64,000 nucleotides of DNA from Eledone cirrhosa (taxonomy: Eukaryota), in NCBI GenBank assembly GCA_964016885.1, contig OZ024741.1:128898001-128962000 (forward strand), read 5' to 3'. Numbering within the stretch: position 1 is the stretch's first letter; each line of letters opens with the position of its first letter. The notes under the pieces are model-generated. The model worked only from the letters and a program-made list of their open reading frames with translations, made no database searches and was not told where the DNA came from. Of this stretch, positions 49,627-62,179 are shown piece by piece. A program made the position numbers and the translations under genes.

Positions 49627-52600
49627 ATGGCCAATATAAGAGTTGGATGTGTGAACGTACGCGGCCTGGGGATGCCCTGGAAACAGGGCAAACTCTTAAA
49701 CGACCTCAGGTCGCACAGTATAGATGTGGTAGCCATTTGCGAGTCCAGGATCCACAGCGAGCGACAGCTGGCCCCCATCTTCGATGACTTTGAGATCTAC
49801 GCATCTCTCTGTCAACCGGGGGGTGGGGGCATAGTTGCCATTTTGCTGCGGAAACACCTGGACCTCGTAACACAGACGGTACATCTGGACCCGGAGGGTC
49901 GACTGGTGGTCCTAGACGTTGACGGTAGTGAAGGTGGAGCCTTCAGGCTGGTGGCCGCATATGCTCCATCCGGGACACCGCGGCCAGACTTCTTCAAACG
50001 TCTAGAGACTTTTCTGGGAACGTCCCGCTCCTTGCTTTTAGTGGGGGACTGGAATGGAATCCTAGATGCACGTTGGGACTATGTGGGAGCATGTCCCGAT
50101 AAAGGGGGGTGTAACAGCCTCAAACAGTTAATCGACCGATTTGACCTGGCCGATAGATATCGACTAGATTTTCCGACTGCGCCACTGTGGACGTGGAGTA
50201 ATCGTAGCGGAACATCTAGATCGTACCTAGATAGGGTTCTAGTTAGAAATAAGGATAGGGATATGTTAAGCTGTCCACAAATGTTCATGGTTGCCTATTC
50301 AAATCACAAACTAGTGACCTGCATGGCCAACTTGATAGAACCCATAGACAAGGACCCGGCTACTGGAAGCTGAACTTGTCGTTACCGACAAGCAAAGCCT
50401 ACAGTAGACGGATTAGCACTTTAGTTAAACAGCACTTGACAGGGGCCATTGTCAACAACAGATGGTGGTACTCTCTCAAGAGGGCAGTTAGATTAGACTC
50501 GATAGTTTTTAGTAAAGAATTAGCGTTAGATAGAAATAGAACCGAGAAGGAACTGGTAGATAAAGTAGAAGAGGCAATTAGAAGTGGCAACGTAGCCAGC
50601 GTGCTAGCAACGAGAACGGCCTTAAACCAGTTCTTCGACGCAAAGCACGAGGGCTGCGTTGTCAGAAGCAAAATACGTGGTCTGGGAAACGAGGGAGCCA
50701 AAGCTGTTAGCTGGGCCCGGGTGACGGAGGCAAAAAGTGGCAACAAGTCCACGATTCGGTCTTTGAAGGACCAAAACGGACGCGTGATACGTGAGCCGAA
50801 GCAGATGTGTGCGGCCTTTCAGCGGCATTTTGCTCAGCTGTTCGGGAGGGGCGGCGCGCCGGGAAGGGCTATGGATTTCGGTCCATACCTCGACGGCCTA
50901 CCGCGACTCTTGGACAGCGAGGCAAAGTTCTGCGAAAAGCCGATATCAGCCGCTGAGATAGGGGACGCGCTGAGCCAATGCAGCAAACGCAAATCTCCAG
51001 GTCTCGACGGTCTACCCTACGAATTTTACGTAGCAATGCCGGACTTATTCTCCGGTCTCCTGGAAGCAGTCTACTGCAACTGACAACAGAACGGGAGAAT
51101 TCCCAGTTCTGTAACCGGGGGCGTGGTCACACTAATCAGGAAGGACGAGAATAAGGGGGATGACATAGGCAACTTCCGGCCCATAACTCTGCTAAACACA
51201 GAGTTACAGATTTTGGCCGAGGTGTTGGCAAAGAGGCTGGCGCTTGTCGTCGAGAACCTGGTGGGAGAAGCGCAGACATGCGCAATCCCGACCAGGTCCA
51301 TACACGACAACCTCCACCTCATGCGATACATCATAGAGAGGGTAGGGTGTAAACCCGGTTTCGGTGGGGCCCTGATCAACTTGGATCAGTCTAAGGCTTT
51401 CAATAGGGTTGACCATCGTTACCTGGACGCGGTGCTCGAGGCGGCAGGCTTCGGACCCGTGTTCAGGGGCTGGATTGCTGCAATGCACAACAGCAACATC
51501 TGCTCAAGGGTCAAGGTGAACGGCTACCTCTCGGAGCCGTTCCATATTACGTGATCCATTCGACAGGGATGCCCTCTCTCCTCCCTTCTGTACGTACTGA
51601 CTCTCGAGCCACTACTGCGGAAGCTGGAGCTATTGCAGGGCATCCCTCTGGAACCGGGACTGCGGAAAGCGGCGTCGGCCTACGCCGACGACGTGACAGT
51701 AATGGTGTCGAGCGCCTCGCAAATTGAGGAAGTCGGCACCTTACTGAAGGAATACGAAAGTCTCACAGGAGCGAAGCTGAACCGGGACAAGTCCATTGGT
51801 TTGCAACTCGGATCGTGGAGAGGCAAACCGATGCCTTCCGATGGCGTCGTCGGACGCTGGACGGAAGGACCGGTAAAGCTGCTCGGGGTCTGGTTTGGTC
51901 CGGACCTCCAGGTGGAGAAGAACTGGAACGAAGTGACGGCCAAGGTGTTTGCACTCACCCAGAAGTGGGCCGAGTGCAAACTATCCTTGAAAGGTCGAGC
52001 GGAGGTGGCGAACACTTTTATAGCGTCCGCGATCTACTACCGCTTGACCGTCGTGCCTTGTCCAGCCAAAACGCTCGCCAAAATGGAGCGCGCGCTCTTC
52101 CGATTCCTTTGGAAGAGGCGGGCTCCTTTGGTGAGAAGATCCATCTGCTGCCAACACCCTTCTAACGGAGGGCTGGGGATGCCGTGGTTGACGATGCGCA
52201 AACACGCGCTCAGGCTGCGGCATCTCTACGTATTCCTCACCGGACAACCGGTGTGGGCCCCGTTCGTGAGGCGAGCCTTCCCACGACTCGTCTCGCTGAC
52301 CGAACTGCAGTCCTGGGTCAAGCAAAGACCGAGGAAAATGGGCGACTGGCACATCGAATGTGCTCAGGCGCTCACAGCCCTCTGGCAGGCGGACCCGGCG
52401 ATCAGTGGAGACTCCACTTCGTCATTCTATAGAGGGTTGGTCAGCAGCAAGTGCGACGACGCGCTCGGTGAAACTCTAGGCGTAGAGGAAGATGAACTGG
52501 CCAGTCTGTTCGGTAGGACCTTCCGCCCGGGACCGATGGACAACTTCCAAAAGTCCCTGGCCTGGCAGTGCAACCGAGGCGCTCTACCAGTTCGAGACAA

Positions 52601-53063
52601 GCTCTACAGACATGGGCGCCCGGGCAGGGACCCTGCAAAAAAGGTCTGTCCGAGGTGCGTGCGAGACGAAGAAACCGTCGCGCACGCATTCATACACTGC
52701 CCGGGCGTCACTGACCTGTGGGGCTATGTAGAACGACTATTGTCGCGGGTGGGACCAATCCAGTTGACCACCGAGTCTATTGTCATGATCAAACCGCCAC
52801 CCTCCTTCAAAAACGAAGGAGTGGCGGTTTTCCTTTGTGTGATAGCTATGGCGAAAGAGGTTGTATGGTGGACAAGGTTGAAAGGGCTGAGGTCAGACAC
52901 CTTTCTCTCCGGCCAACAACTGATTCTTTTTTTCAAATACCACTTTGAAAGAAGAATCAGGATGGAGAGAGAGGTGCTGTACCCCAGCAAGTTTTATGAA
53001 AGGTGGGTGAAAGTGGTGAGAATGGCCCGAGTGAATGGGCCTTCTCTCTATATCAGCCTGTAG
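49627..53063 (+). pseudogene. Tx1 ORF2: APE endonuclease, reverse transcriptase, C-terminal zinc motif
   Basis: NVRGL, LVGDWN, YLDRV and SNHKLV (APE); KSPGLDGLPYEFY, FRPITLLN, LDQSKAFNRV, RQGCPLS and YADD (RT); CPRC...ETVAHAFIHC. Frameshift near 50340 and stops at 51081 and 51552. Confidence 0.92.
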
Positions 53064-53602
53064 GTTGAGGAAAAGGAGGAGGAGAGGAAGGGAGTACAAA
53101 CTCTTCGTACTTCTGGAGATGAGGGTTGCACATTTTTTCGGGGGTATGTGTTACCCATATAAACTGTCTCCCTCTATTGGGGAAAATCGACTAACTTTTT
53201 AAATTCCATTTGTGATAACATTTTACACGTTTTTATAGTATGTAAACTTCCCCCTTTGTATTTGTCCCCTTCTTTTGTGCCCCTGTGGCTAATAAAGAAA
53301 TATATCTATCTATCTGTCTCTTCTGCCTGTATGTGCGTGTATGTGTGTGTGTGGGTGTGTGTATCTGTATGTTTGTCATTTTCTCTGTCTGTCTCTTCTG
53401 CCTGTATGTGTGTGCGTATGTCTGTCTGTCTGTATGCCAACATGTCAACATGTCTGCCTGTCTTCTAATGTATGTTTGTCTGTCTTCAGATCTGTCTGTC
53501 TCTCTCTCTCTTCCAGCATTTCTATCTGTGTTTGTCTTCATGTCAGTCTGTGTCTGTGTGTCTGTCTACATATCTGCCCACCTGTCTGTCTAACTATCTG
53601 TC

Positions 53603-54374
53603 TAGGACTTTCCGCCCGGGACCTATGGACAACTTCCAGAGGTCCCTGGTCTGGCAGGCATTACAACGAGGAGCTCTACCGATTCGTGACAAGATCTACA
53701 GGCACGGACGCCCCGGCAGGGATCCTTCCAAGAGGACGTGTCCAAGATGCGCGCCTGACATTGAAACCGTCCTGCACGCAATTGTACGTTGCCCGGGCGT
53801 AACCGACCTGTGGAACTACGCGGAACAACTGCTGCCGCGTATGGGACAAATCCAGTTGACTGCCGAGTCTATAGTAAGGATCAAACCGCCAACCTCTTGG
53901 CGGTTTTCCTCTGTACAGTGGCTATGGGGAAAGAGGTTATATGGTGGACGAGGTTGAGAGGACTGAGGACAGATGCCTTTCTCTCCGGACAACAATTGAT
54001 TCCCTTCTTTAAGTATCACTTTAGAAGGAGAATCAGAGTGGAGAGAGAGGCACTGCACCCCAGTAAATTTACTGAAAGGTGGGTGAGTGAAGCGAAAATG
54101 GCCCGAGTGATTGGGTCTTCTCTGTTTATAAGCCTGTAGGTTAAAGAAGAGAGCAAAAGGAAGAAAGGAGCACTTGCACAACACGCTCCTGAAGTTGAGG
54201 GTTGTTCTATCGATGGGGTATTAAACAACCCATTTGTGGCACTTCCCCCCTATTGGGGATTTCGATTGCTATAATTGTTTGTTTTATATTTTTTACATGA
54301 CTGTATGTAAAATTCAAGGGATGTGTCTTTGTATTGTATCTTTTTCTTGTGCGCCTTTGTGGCAAATAAAGAAA
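53603..54374 (+). mobile_element. Diverged 5'-truncated Tx1 relative followed by (TATC)n
   Basis: RTFRPGPMDNFQRSLVWQ...CPRC...ETVLHAIVRC is homologous to the ORF2 C-terminus. The 3' UTR differs but has the same AATAAAGAAA-TATATCTATC end. Confidence 0.88.
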
Positions 54375-56437
54375 TATATCTATCTACCTATCCATCTGTC
54401 TATCTATTTATCTATCTATCTATCTATCTATTTCGCACTCTCTCTCTCTCTCTCTCTTTCTCTCCACTCACATCTGGTTCGTCTAACCTAATGCCAACGG
54501 GCCACACATACACACAGGTTCATATACATATGTCAATATATCCATATATGTATTTGTCTATAAAAAATAATGTGGAATGACACAAAACCTATTCCCTAAA
54601 CAGTTTGGTATGTGAATGAATATTTAATGCTGTCATTAGCGGATTACTGCAAAATAATATTAGATTTATAATGTTAAATAACTAAATGGTAACTATACGT
54701 CTAAAAATTCCTAAGTTTCCAAACCAGCCAACAGAGTTGTTGCCCCTTGACTTGCCAAAATTATTGCGGTTTTATTACATAGAGCTTATTCGGTTTATAT
54801 GAAACTTTTGTGAACCCATCGCCATTTATTAGCTCATTACTTATTACTTTATTGATATAATCCGTTTTATCAATGTAGTAGCCAAATTTCTGTCAATGAA
54901 CTGTTTATTCTAACTCTTCAACCATCAAGAATAATTTAGAAACCTGCTCTAGTCCCACTGTATATAATAATTGTTTATACTTTTGGCACAAGGCCAGCAA
55001 ATACCTAATACATTACTGGTACTTTATTTTATCGACCCCATAAGGATGAAAGGCAAAGTTAACCTCGACGGGATTTTAACTCAGAACGTAAAGGGACGTA
55101 ACTATGCTAGAAAGCATGGCGTCCAACCCTCTACCAATACTGCCAATTCACCCACTGTATATAATAATGGTTTCTAGTTTGGGCACAAGGCCAGCAACTT
55201 TCCTGGGAGGGAAAGTTAATAAACCAACCCCAGTACTTGACAGGTACTTTCTTTAATTTACCTCCCAGAAAGATGTTGTTTAACATAGGTACAAAGCCAC
55301 AGATATTGGGGAAAGGAATAATAAATTAAATAGATCTCAGTACTTAACTGCTAATTATATATTTTATTGACTGAGGAAGGAAGATCAAGCTTATGAATAT
55401 AAAACACTGAGGCAATCTTTTATGACCAGACGCTTTTCCTGGTTTCAACCCTTTTAGTTTCCTTATAATACAACACAACCATACAGTGCTCCTATTCTAA
55501 AATGGACACCAGGGTAAATTACCTATGAAGAAATTTGATGTAACTAGTAAGAATATTTTCATGTTTAGTCCTTTTAAGCTGCCTCTATTACCTTTGGATT
55601 TTAATATTAATAGCATCTATGGGTGGAGGATTGGCAGAATCATTAGCACTTTGGACAAAATTCTTAATAACATTTAGTTCTGAATTCAAATCCCACCAAG
55701 GCATGATCATAGCTGAATCCTTACTTAGGGTTAAACAACAACAATTGTTTCTAAAATTGTGACAAGACCAGTAGTAATTTAGAAGAAGGGAAAATCGATT
55801 AAATCAACCCAAGTACTTAACTGGTACTTTATTTTATCGACCCCTTAGCAGGATTTAAAACCAGAAGATAGAGGGCCATAACAAAATACTGCAATACATT
55901 TCATCAGATTCTGTCAAATAAAAATACCAGCAATAATCTTTTTTGTTTTGGTTACCATTTTATCTAAGTTAGAAGGGTAGTACTTGTGACCCTTTTAAGG
56001 ATCTCCAAACTGGGGAGGGGTAGTGGAGTAGGAGGTGGGAAAGTATCTTCCATCTGAAGACCTGCTTTCTGAATGCCTGCTACAAAGTAGGTTCCATCCA
56101 CCAAATAGCCAAGGAGCAGGTGTTGGTGTTTAAACTGGGCAACTGATTAAGTCTTGCACACATGAGAGTCATGGTGAGATTTTGAGCTCAGAATGCATAG
56201 AGCTGAAGCAAACATTGTAAAGTATCATATCTGACACTCTAGCAACTCCACCAGCCCACTAACTAAGACTGGTTCTCTGTTTATTGAACCCAGAATAAAT
56301 ATAGCAGAAAAGTATTTATTTCATCCAACACTAATACTGCCAAATATTGTCTATTCTCAGCATGTAACTTTTTCTTACTCACCATGCTCCCCACCCCCAA
56401 AAATAAAATTTGAGAGGTTTTTTCCTAAAATACTTAC

Positions 56438-56554
56438 CATAGGTGATCAATAGATCCAAAGCAGTAACGTCTGTCTGTGGAGAATTAAGTGCAGCATATG
56501 TGGCTAAATACAAAGGACTGTCCCCATCTTTGGTGACACTCATCAGGTCAGCCC
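56438..56554 (-). CDS. Ankyrin-repeat protein, internal exon (117 bp)
   Basis: catatttag|(G)ADLMSVTKDGDSPLYLATYAALNSPQTDVTALDLLITY(G)|gtaagt, phase 1-1. Confidence 0.88.
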
Positions 56555-57199
56555 CTAAATATGAATAAATATAAGCACACAAATATAAACTAAAAAAAAA
56601 AAGAACTGTTTTCAGACAATCGTATTATTCTGCACTCATGGAAGAAGCTTCAATAATATTTTGTTGTTGTAGGTTAAGAGCAAGTTCTTCACACATCCAT
56701 AGATGGACACATCATTAATGTCATATTCTAGAGTCACTTGTTGTTTCAGGTATTACAACATACACCCTCATCCAGGTGACCCAACAACCGAGGTTGATCA
56801 AAAGTCACAGTGTGTCCAACTGGCATATACACACACTACTGACACCACTGCTCACTTCACTTCAGTCACAGCTTTCAAGATGCCATCTCTGCTGCTCCCA
56901 ACACACACACACACATACATATATATACATATATATATATACATATATTGTTATGCTTTGGGAGGGTCATGTTGCCAAATTCAGAAACGAAATATATATA
57001 TATATATATATATTCATGCATGTATGTAATGTTTCAGCAAGCTTAACAGTATGACACTCTACCAACTACTACAAGCTGGCCTAAATCACTTAATAGTAGT
57101 TGACTCAGTTAAGCTGGCTGCAAATAGGGACTATAGATAAGTACAACTACAAATGTTTCAAAAACAATAGCATACAATAAAAGGAGAAAAGAAAGTTAC

Positions 57200-57251
57200 C
57201 TCTTAGAAGTAAATATAGAATCAACTTCTTGGATCCACTGAGGCAGGCACA
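57200..57251 (-). CDS. Ankyrin-repeat protein, internal exon (52 bp); upstream exons not located
   Basis: cttttcctttgtag|CACLSGSKKLILYLLLR(G)|gtaact, phase 0-1, continuing in frame into the exon at 56554. Confidence 0.8.
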
Positions 57252-57374
57252 CTACAAAGGAAAAGCAGTATATATGTATAAATATATATATATATATATT
57301 ATCATCATCATCATCTTCATTATCATCACCAACTGGTGTGTGTGACTTTATTGGAAACATGACCCTCTCAAAGT

Positions 57375-57412
<38 letters not shown>

Positions 57413-57625
57413 GTGTACTTTTTCTCAACCTGATTAGTTCTATCGTTGCTCTGGTATATATTGTGTGTTAGTTTAGCCTACCACAATGTTCGATTTGTCA
57501 AGCTATTTAAACGTATGTTATTACTCTAAGGTCCTATCTTATCGAGTGCTTTGCTAACTCATCATTTCATATAAGTAGGCCGAATTCACTTGCAAACCGC
57601 CAGAGATTCGATTTTACTGATTTCC

Positions 57626-57650
<25 letters not shown>

Positions 57651-57660
<10 letters not shown>

Positions 57661-58078
57661 TAAATGGAATAGAAAATGCTGACAAATTGTTCACAGTTGA
57701 AAAATGGTTTAATTAGGAATAAAAGAGTATTAGTGATTGTATGGGTTAGTATTCAGTTGTGGTTTTAAGTTTTTAAGTTTTTACCGGTTGCGCATTTCTA
57801 AATGCTTTTCAAAAATAATTTTGAGATAGAGTGTCCGTGTTGTTTGCTCTGATCAGAGCAAACAACACGGACACTCTATCTCAAAATTATTTTTGAAAAG
57901 CATCTCAAAATTATTTTTGAAAAGCATTTAGAAATGCGCAACCGGTAAAAACTTAAAAACTTAAAACCACAACTGAATACTAACCCATACAATCACTAAT
58001 ACTCTTTTATTCCTAATTAAACCATTTTTCAACTGTGAACAATTTGTCAGCATTTTCTATTTCGTTTACCAATATATA
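57651..58078. repeat. ~430-bp spacerless palindrome
   Basis: Centred on ctGATCag (57851-57854). Arms of about 200 bp are nearly identical, and the right arm has a ~25-bp tandem duplication. Confidence 0.92.
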
Positions 58079-58889
58079 ATAACTTGTGTGTTACACCTCT
58101 ATTCTTTTAACTATATATATATATATGTATATATATACATGAACGTAAAGTTTTTATATCGAATATTATACAATTTATATTTATAAATAAACATTTGAAA
58201 GCCTTTAGCTTTGAATTTTAAATATGATGGCTGAAGCCATCAACCTAGTTTCAACAGAAGCAAGGGGGAAGTCACCGACAGCTGTTTCTGGGTTGTGTAG
58301 CAGTTGTCAAGGTAATGTACCCCTTTACCTCGAGTCATATTTGAACTCAAATAAGCCACAAACATATAGTTTTAATGCTTGTGTATATGGGCTGATTAGC
58401 CTCATTTACATACGGAACAGTAGGCTGGCTTGGCCTGAAGAAGAAATAGAATTAAGGTGTTTGCTCCAGCATACCTTTATACATACATATATGAAAAGTT
58501 TGTATATCAAATAATATATGATATGTTTGCATATTGAATATACGATATGTTTGTATATCAAATATAAGATATATTATTCTATTTCTTGTTCACTGAATTT
58601 AAATCCTGCTGAGGTCAACTTTGCCTTTCATCCTTTCAAGGTTGATATAAAAGTACCAGTCTAGTTAGTGCTGGGGTTGATTCTCTCTCTATATCTCTTT
58701 TTCCCTTCCATTCTCTTTCACTATCTTTCTCTGGAAGAAATCAGCTGTATTCAGACCTGAAGAGAAGATAGGCTCTACCAGGTTTTAAAATGCCCTACAA
58801 ATGCCAATGTCTATAGGGTACCCCTACGCCTCACTCAGAGGTTCTGTGACCATGCATGCATATATATATATATATGTATTACTCTATTA

Positions 58890-59125
58890 AGTGTTCCAGC
58901 CAACAGGCTAGGCCATGCTGGGGCACTGCCATTGATACTACACTTTCTACAGCTAGCTTTCCCTAGTTGGCCATTGATGCAAAAGTGAGTTTGTTGCTGC
59001 TGCTCTTATTTGTACTCTGCCTTGGGCTGTGGGTTCATCCAGGATCCAGTCAGCAGAATGTTGAGATGTCTCTTGAAAACATCCACATGCACACCATGCA
59101 GATCTCTTACACTCTTTGACAGCTT
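58890..59125 (-). mobile_element. CR1/L2-like LINE 3' end
   Basis: RDLHGVHVDVFK and RAAATNSLLHQWP match the end of ORF 2877-3308. Confidence 0.75.
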
Positions 59126-59719
59126 GTATATATATATACAGTGGCAGACTGGGTCTAGAAATATTGGTTGCCAGGATAATGAATAAATAACATTTTCGAA
59201 AAATACATAAGTGGAAACAAAACAGTGCAATCAAATTTCAGTTTTTTTCTATGGGTTGTAAAATAAAAACTGAAAAGGGTTACATGTACCTCTTAACTAG
59301 GATTGAACTCAAGGCCAGGATCTTCACTGTCTCCAGTACCTACCGCTTGGCTACAGAGACAACTACAACAATCTTATGATAATTCATACTTATAAACTTA
59401 CTTTCAAAATTTTCAAAACAAAGTGTTGTGGTGTCATTCATGACTTTCTTAAGGTCAACTTATTATTATTGCTCCTACTTAAGGTCGACTTCTAAATCAT
59501 TTGGGTGTTCCATAAACTACATCCTCATTTTGTTTCTCATCTATCTAGACTACATTTTAACCTGTAATCCATGTTTCATTTCTGTTCCACCTCATTCCTC
59601 CCCTCCCTCCTCTCTCTCTCGCTCTCTCTCTCAGATGTCTTTAACCCATTGATACCAAATATTATTTGGTGTGTCAGTATATATATATATATATATCTAT
59701 ATATATATATATATATCGT

Positions 59720-59968
59720 GTAGGTGTCACGACAAAAAAAAAAAACACACAGTCCATGCTGTAATGTGGCCATGTAGGCAACACGGTAAAAACCTCCCAG
59801 ACCCACACTGTAAATGTGGTTGGTGTTAGGAAGGGCATCCAACTGTAGAAAACCTGCCAGACAGTCCTATGCGAGCAAGACAATCACTCTTGCCTCAAGT
59901 GGGAATACCCCCGTCCAAACCCATGCAAGCGTGGAACACGGACGTTAAACGTTGATGATGATGATGAT
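59720..59968 (+). mobile_element. SINE family A-related tail
   Basis: ggttggtgttaggaagggcatcca...ggacgttaaac followed by (GAT)n. Confidence 0.6.
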
Positions 59969-60449
59969 ATATATATATATATATATATATATAAAGCTGA
60001 GGATGTGTGTGTTAAGGTTTGTAATGTATGCACGTCCACAATTTCCAACGGATTCGATTCAAAGTCGGAACAATTATAGCCTTTGGCCAGGAAAAGGTCA
60101 TGAAGCAAACATTTCAAATCCATCAACAATAAGGGCAAAAATCGATCATGATCATTCCCCCTCTCTATAATTTAACTGCTTTGCTCTCTCTCTGTCGCTC
60201 TTCACTCCCTATATGACAACACCGTAGAGAGAGAAACAGTGTGTATGATCAAATGGAGCGTTCCGTATATTCCCTCTCTCTATAATTTAACTGCTTTACT
60301 CTCTCTGTCACTCTTCACTCCCTATATGACAACACTGCAGTGGAGCGTTCCATATTGAGCGTTCCGTATTGACATACGGCTTATGTGGGGCATTTTCAAT
60401 TGGCTTATTGCAAATAACAACCCGCAAAATAACACTTTATATAACAGAT

Positions 60450-61656
60450 TAATGCTAAAGACCTATGAATCGGAATGTAACCCGTGAATTTTTTCCTGGG
60501 CAAAATTATTCGAACAGACATGACCTCATTGCCAGAGTGTTCAGACTCAAACTGGCTAAACTCATGGCTTTAATCAAAAGGGGTCAGGTATTTGGGGCTG
60601 TAAAATGTGACATGTTCACCGTCGAATGGCAAAAACAGGGCTGCCACATGCTCACATTTTGATTTGGTTAGCTGATAAAATCAATTCAAATGCCATAGAC
60701 AGCTTCATTTCGGCTGAAATCCCTAACCCAGCAACTGACCAGGAATTACAAGGGATACCCCCAAAAATTTGTTGACCAGACTCAGACTGGTGGCGACGGG
60801 TACCCCCTGTACAGGCGGAGACGGCCCGAGAACGGTGACTTCACCACAACAATAAAGGGAGGTCAAGTCGACAATAGATTGGTGGTCCCTTACTGCCCAC
60901 TTCTCTTGAAGATGTTCAAGGCCCATATCACGTTGAGTTTTGCAACTCCGTCAAGTCGATAAAATACATATGCAAATATGTAAATAAGGGCTCTGATGTC
61001 GCAATGTTCGCATTTCAAGCTGAAAATAGCAGGGACGAGGTCACAGAATACCTGGCGGGGCGGTACATCAGTAGCAATGAAGCTTTTTGGCGCCTATTTG
61101 GTTTACCCCTACACCAATGGCACCCCGCCATCGTACAGCTTGCGGTACATTTGGAAAATGGGCAAAGGATTTACTTTACGAACAAAACCGCCGCCAAGTT
61201 GGCCGCCGATCCGAAAGAGACCACTCTGACGGGTTTCTTCAAACTTTGCCAGTTCGATACATTTGTGCAAACAATTGTGTACCCCCAGGTTCCATCCTAC
61301 TTTATATGGTCGAAAAACACTTGGGTGCGAAGAAGTCAGGTCAAGCTGTTGAAAGACATCCTGGTGTAAAATTTGACAGCTGTCTTGGAAGGGTTTACAC
61401 TGTGCCCCAAGTCAGCATGAGTGCTTTCATCTCCGCCTTCTTCTGCATGAAGTTGTAGGCCCACAAAGTTTTCAGGATCTCAAAACTGTTGATGGAGAAA
61501 TATGTGATATGTACCGGGAAGCCTGCTTTAAGCAAGGTTTTTTGGAAGATGATTCGCAATGGGATTCCACTTTAGCAGAGGGTGCTTTGTTGAAATCACC
61601 TAAAAGTCTACAGGAACTCTTTGCCATTTTGCTTCAAAAGTGTGAATTGGGTGATC
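60450..61656 (+). pseudogene. Helitron Rep (HUH) domain remnants
   Basis: Frameshifted ORFs 60465-60662, 61004-61369 and 61087-61458, with an apparent internal deletion near 60750. Confidence 0.85.
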
Positions 61657-62178
61657 CCCCACCCCCCAAATAACGCGTCACCCCCTCATAAAAACCGGAC
61701 CCTTCTCCCCCCAAATAAAAAACGGATCCCCCCCAATAAAAAACCGAGCCCACCCCAATAAAAAACGGATCCCCCCAAATAAAAAACGGACAGCCCCCAA
61801 TAAAAAACGGATCCCCCCCAATAAAAAACGCCCCACCCCCATAAAAAACGGACACCCCTCAAATAAAAAACGGATTCCAAATAAAAAAAACGCCCCCTTC
61901 CCCCCAATAAAAAACGGATCCCCCCAAATAAAAAACGGACCCCCATAAAAAACGGACACCCCCTAATAAAAAACGGTTTCCAAATAACCCCCCCCCCCCC
62001 CCTCATAAAAACGGACCCCCCAATAAAAAACGGACCCCATCCCAATAAAAACCGGACCCCCACCAATAAAAAAACGCCCCCCCCCCAATAAAAAAACGAT
62101 TCCAAATACCCCCCCCCCTCCAAATAAAAAAACTGATCCCCCCATAAAAAACGGACCCCTCCCCCGAATAAAAAACAC
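61657..62178. repeat. ~20-bp C/A-rich minisatellite (CCCCCAATAAAAAACGGA) inside the Helitron coding region
   Basis: Roughly 25 variable units between the Rep and helicase remnants. Confidence 0.9.
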
Positions 62179-62179
62179 T

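Larger units (their letters stand above)
47494..53300 (+). mobile_element. Near-full-length Tx1-clade (L1-like) non-LTR retrotransposon, inactivated
   Basis: Two-ORF layout: ORF1 with a CCHC knuckle, ORF2 with APE endonuclease, RT and a C-terminal zinc motif. The 3' UTR ends AATAAAGAAA then TATATCTATC. Confidence 0.93.

Noticed and set aside
58224-58514. 96-aa ORF with possible splice sites on either strand
   Set aside because: No recognisable domain, and it does not continue the ankyrin reading frame.
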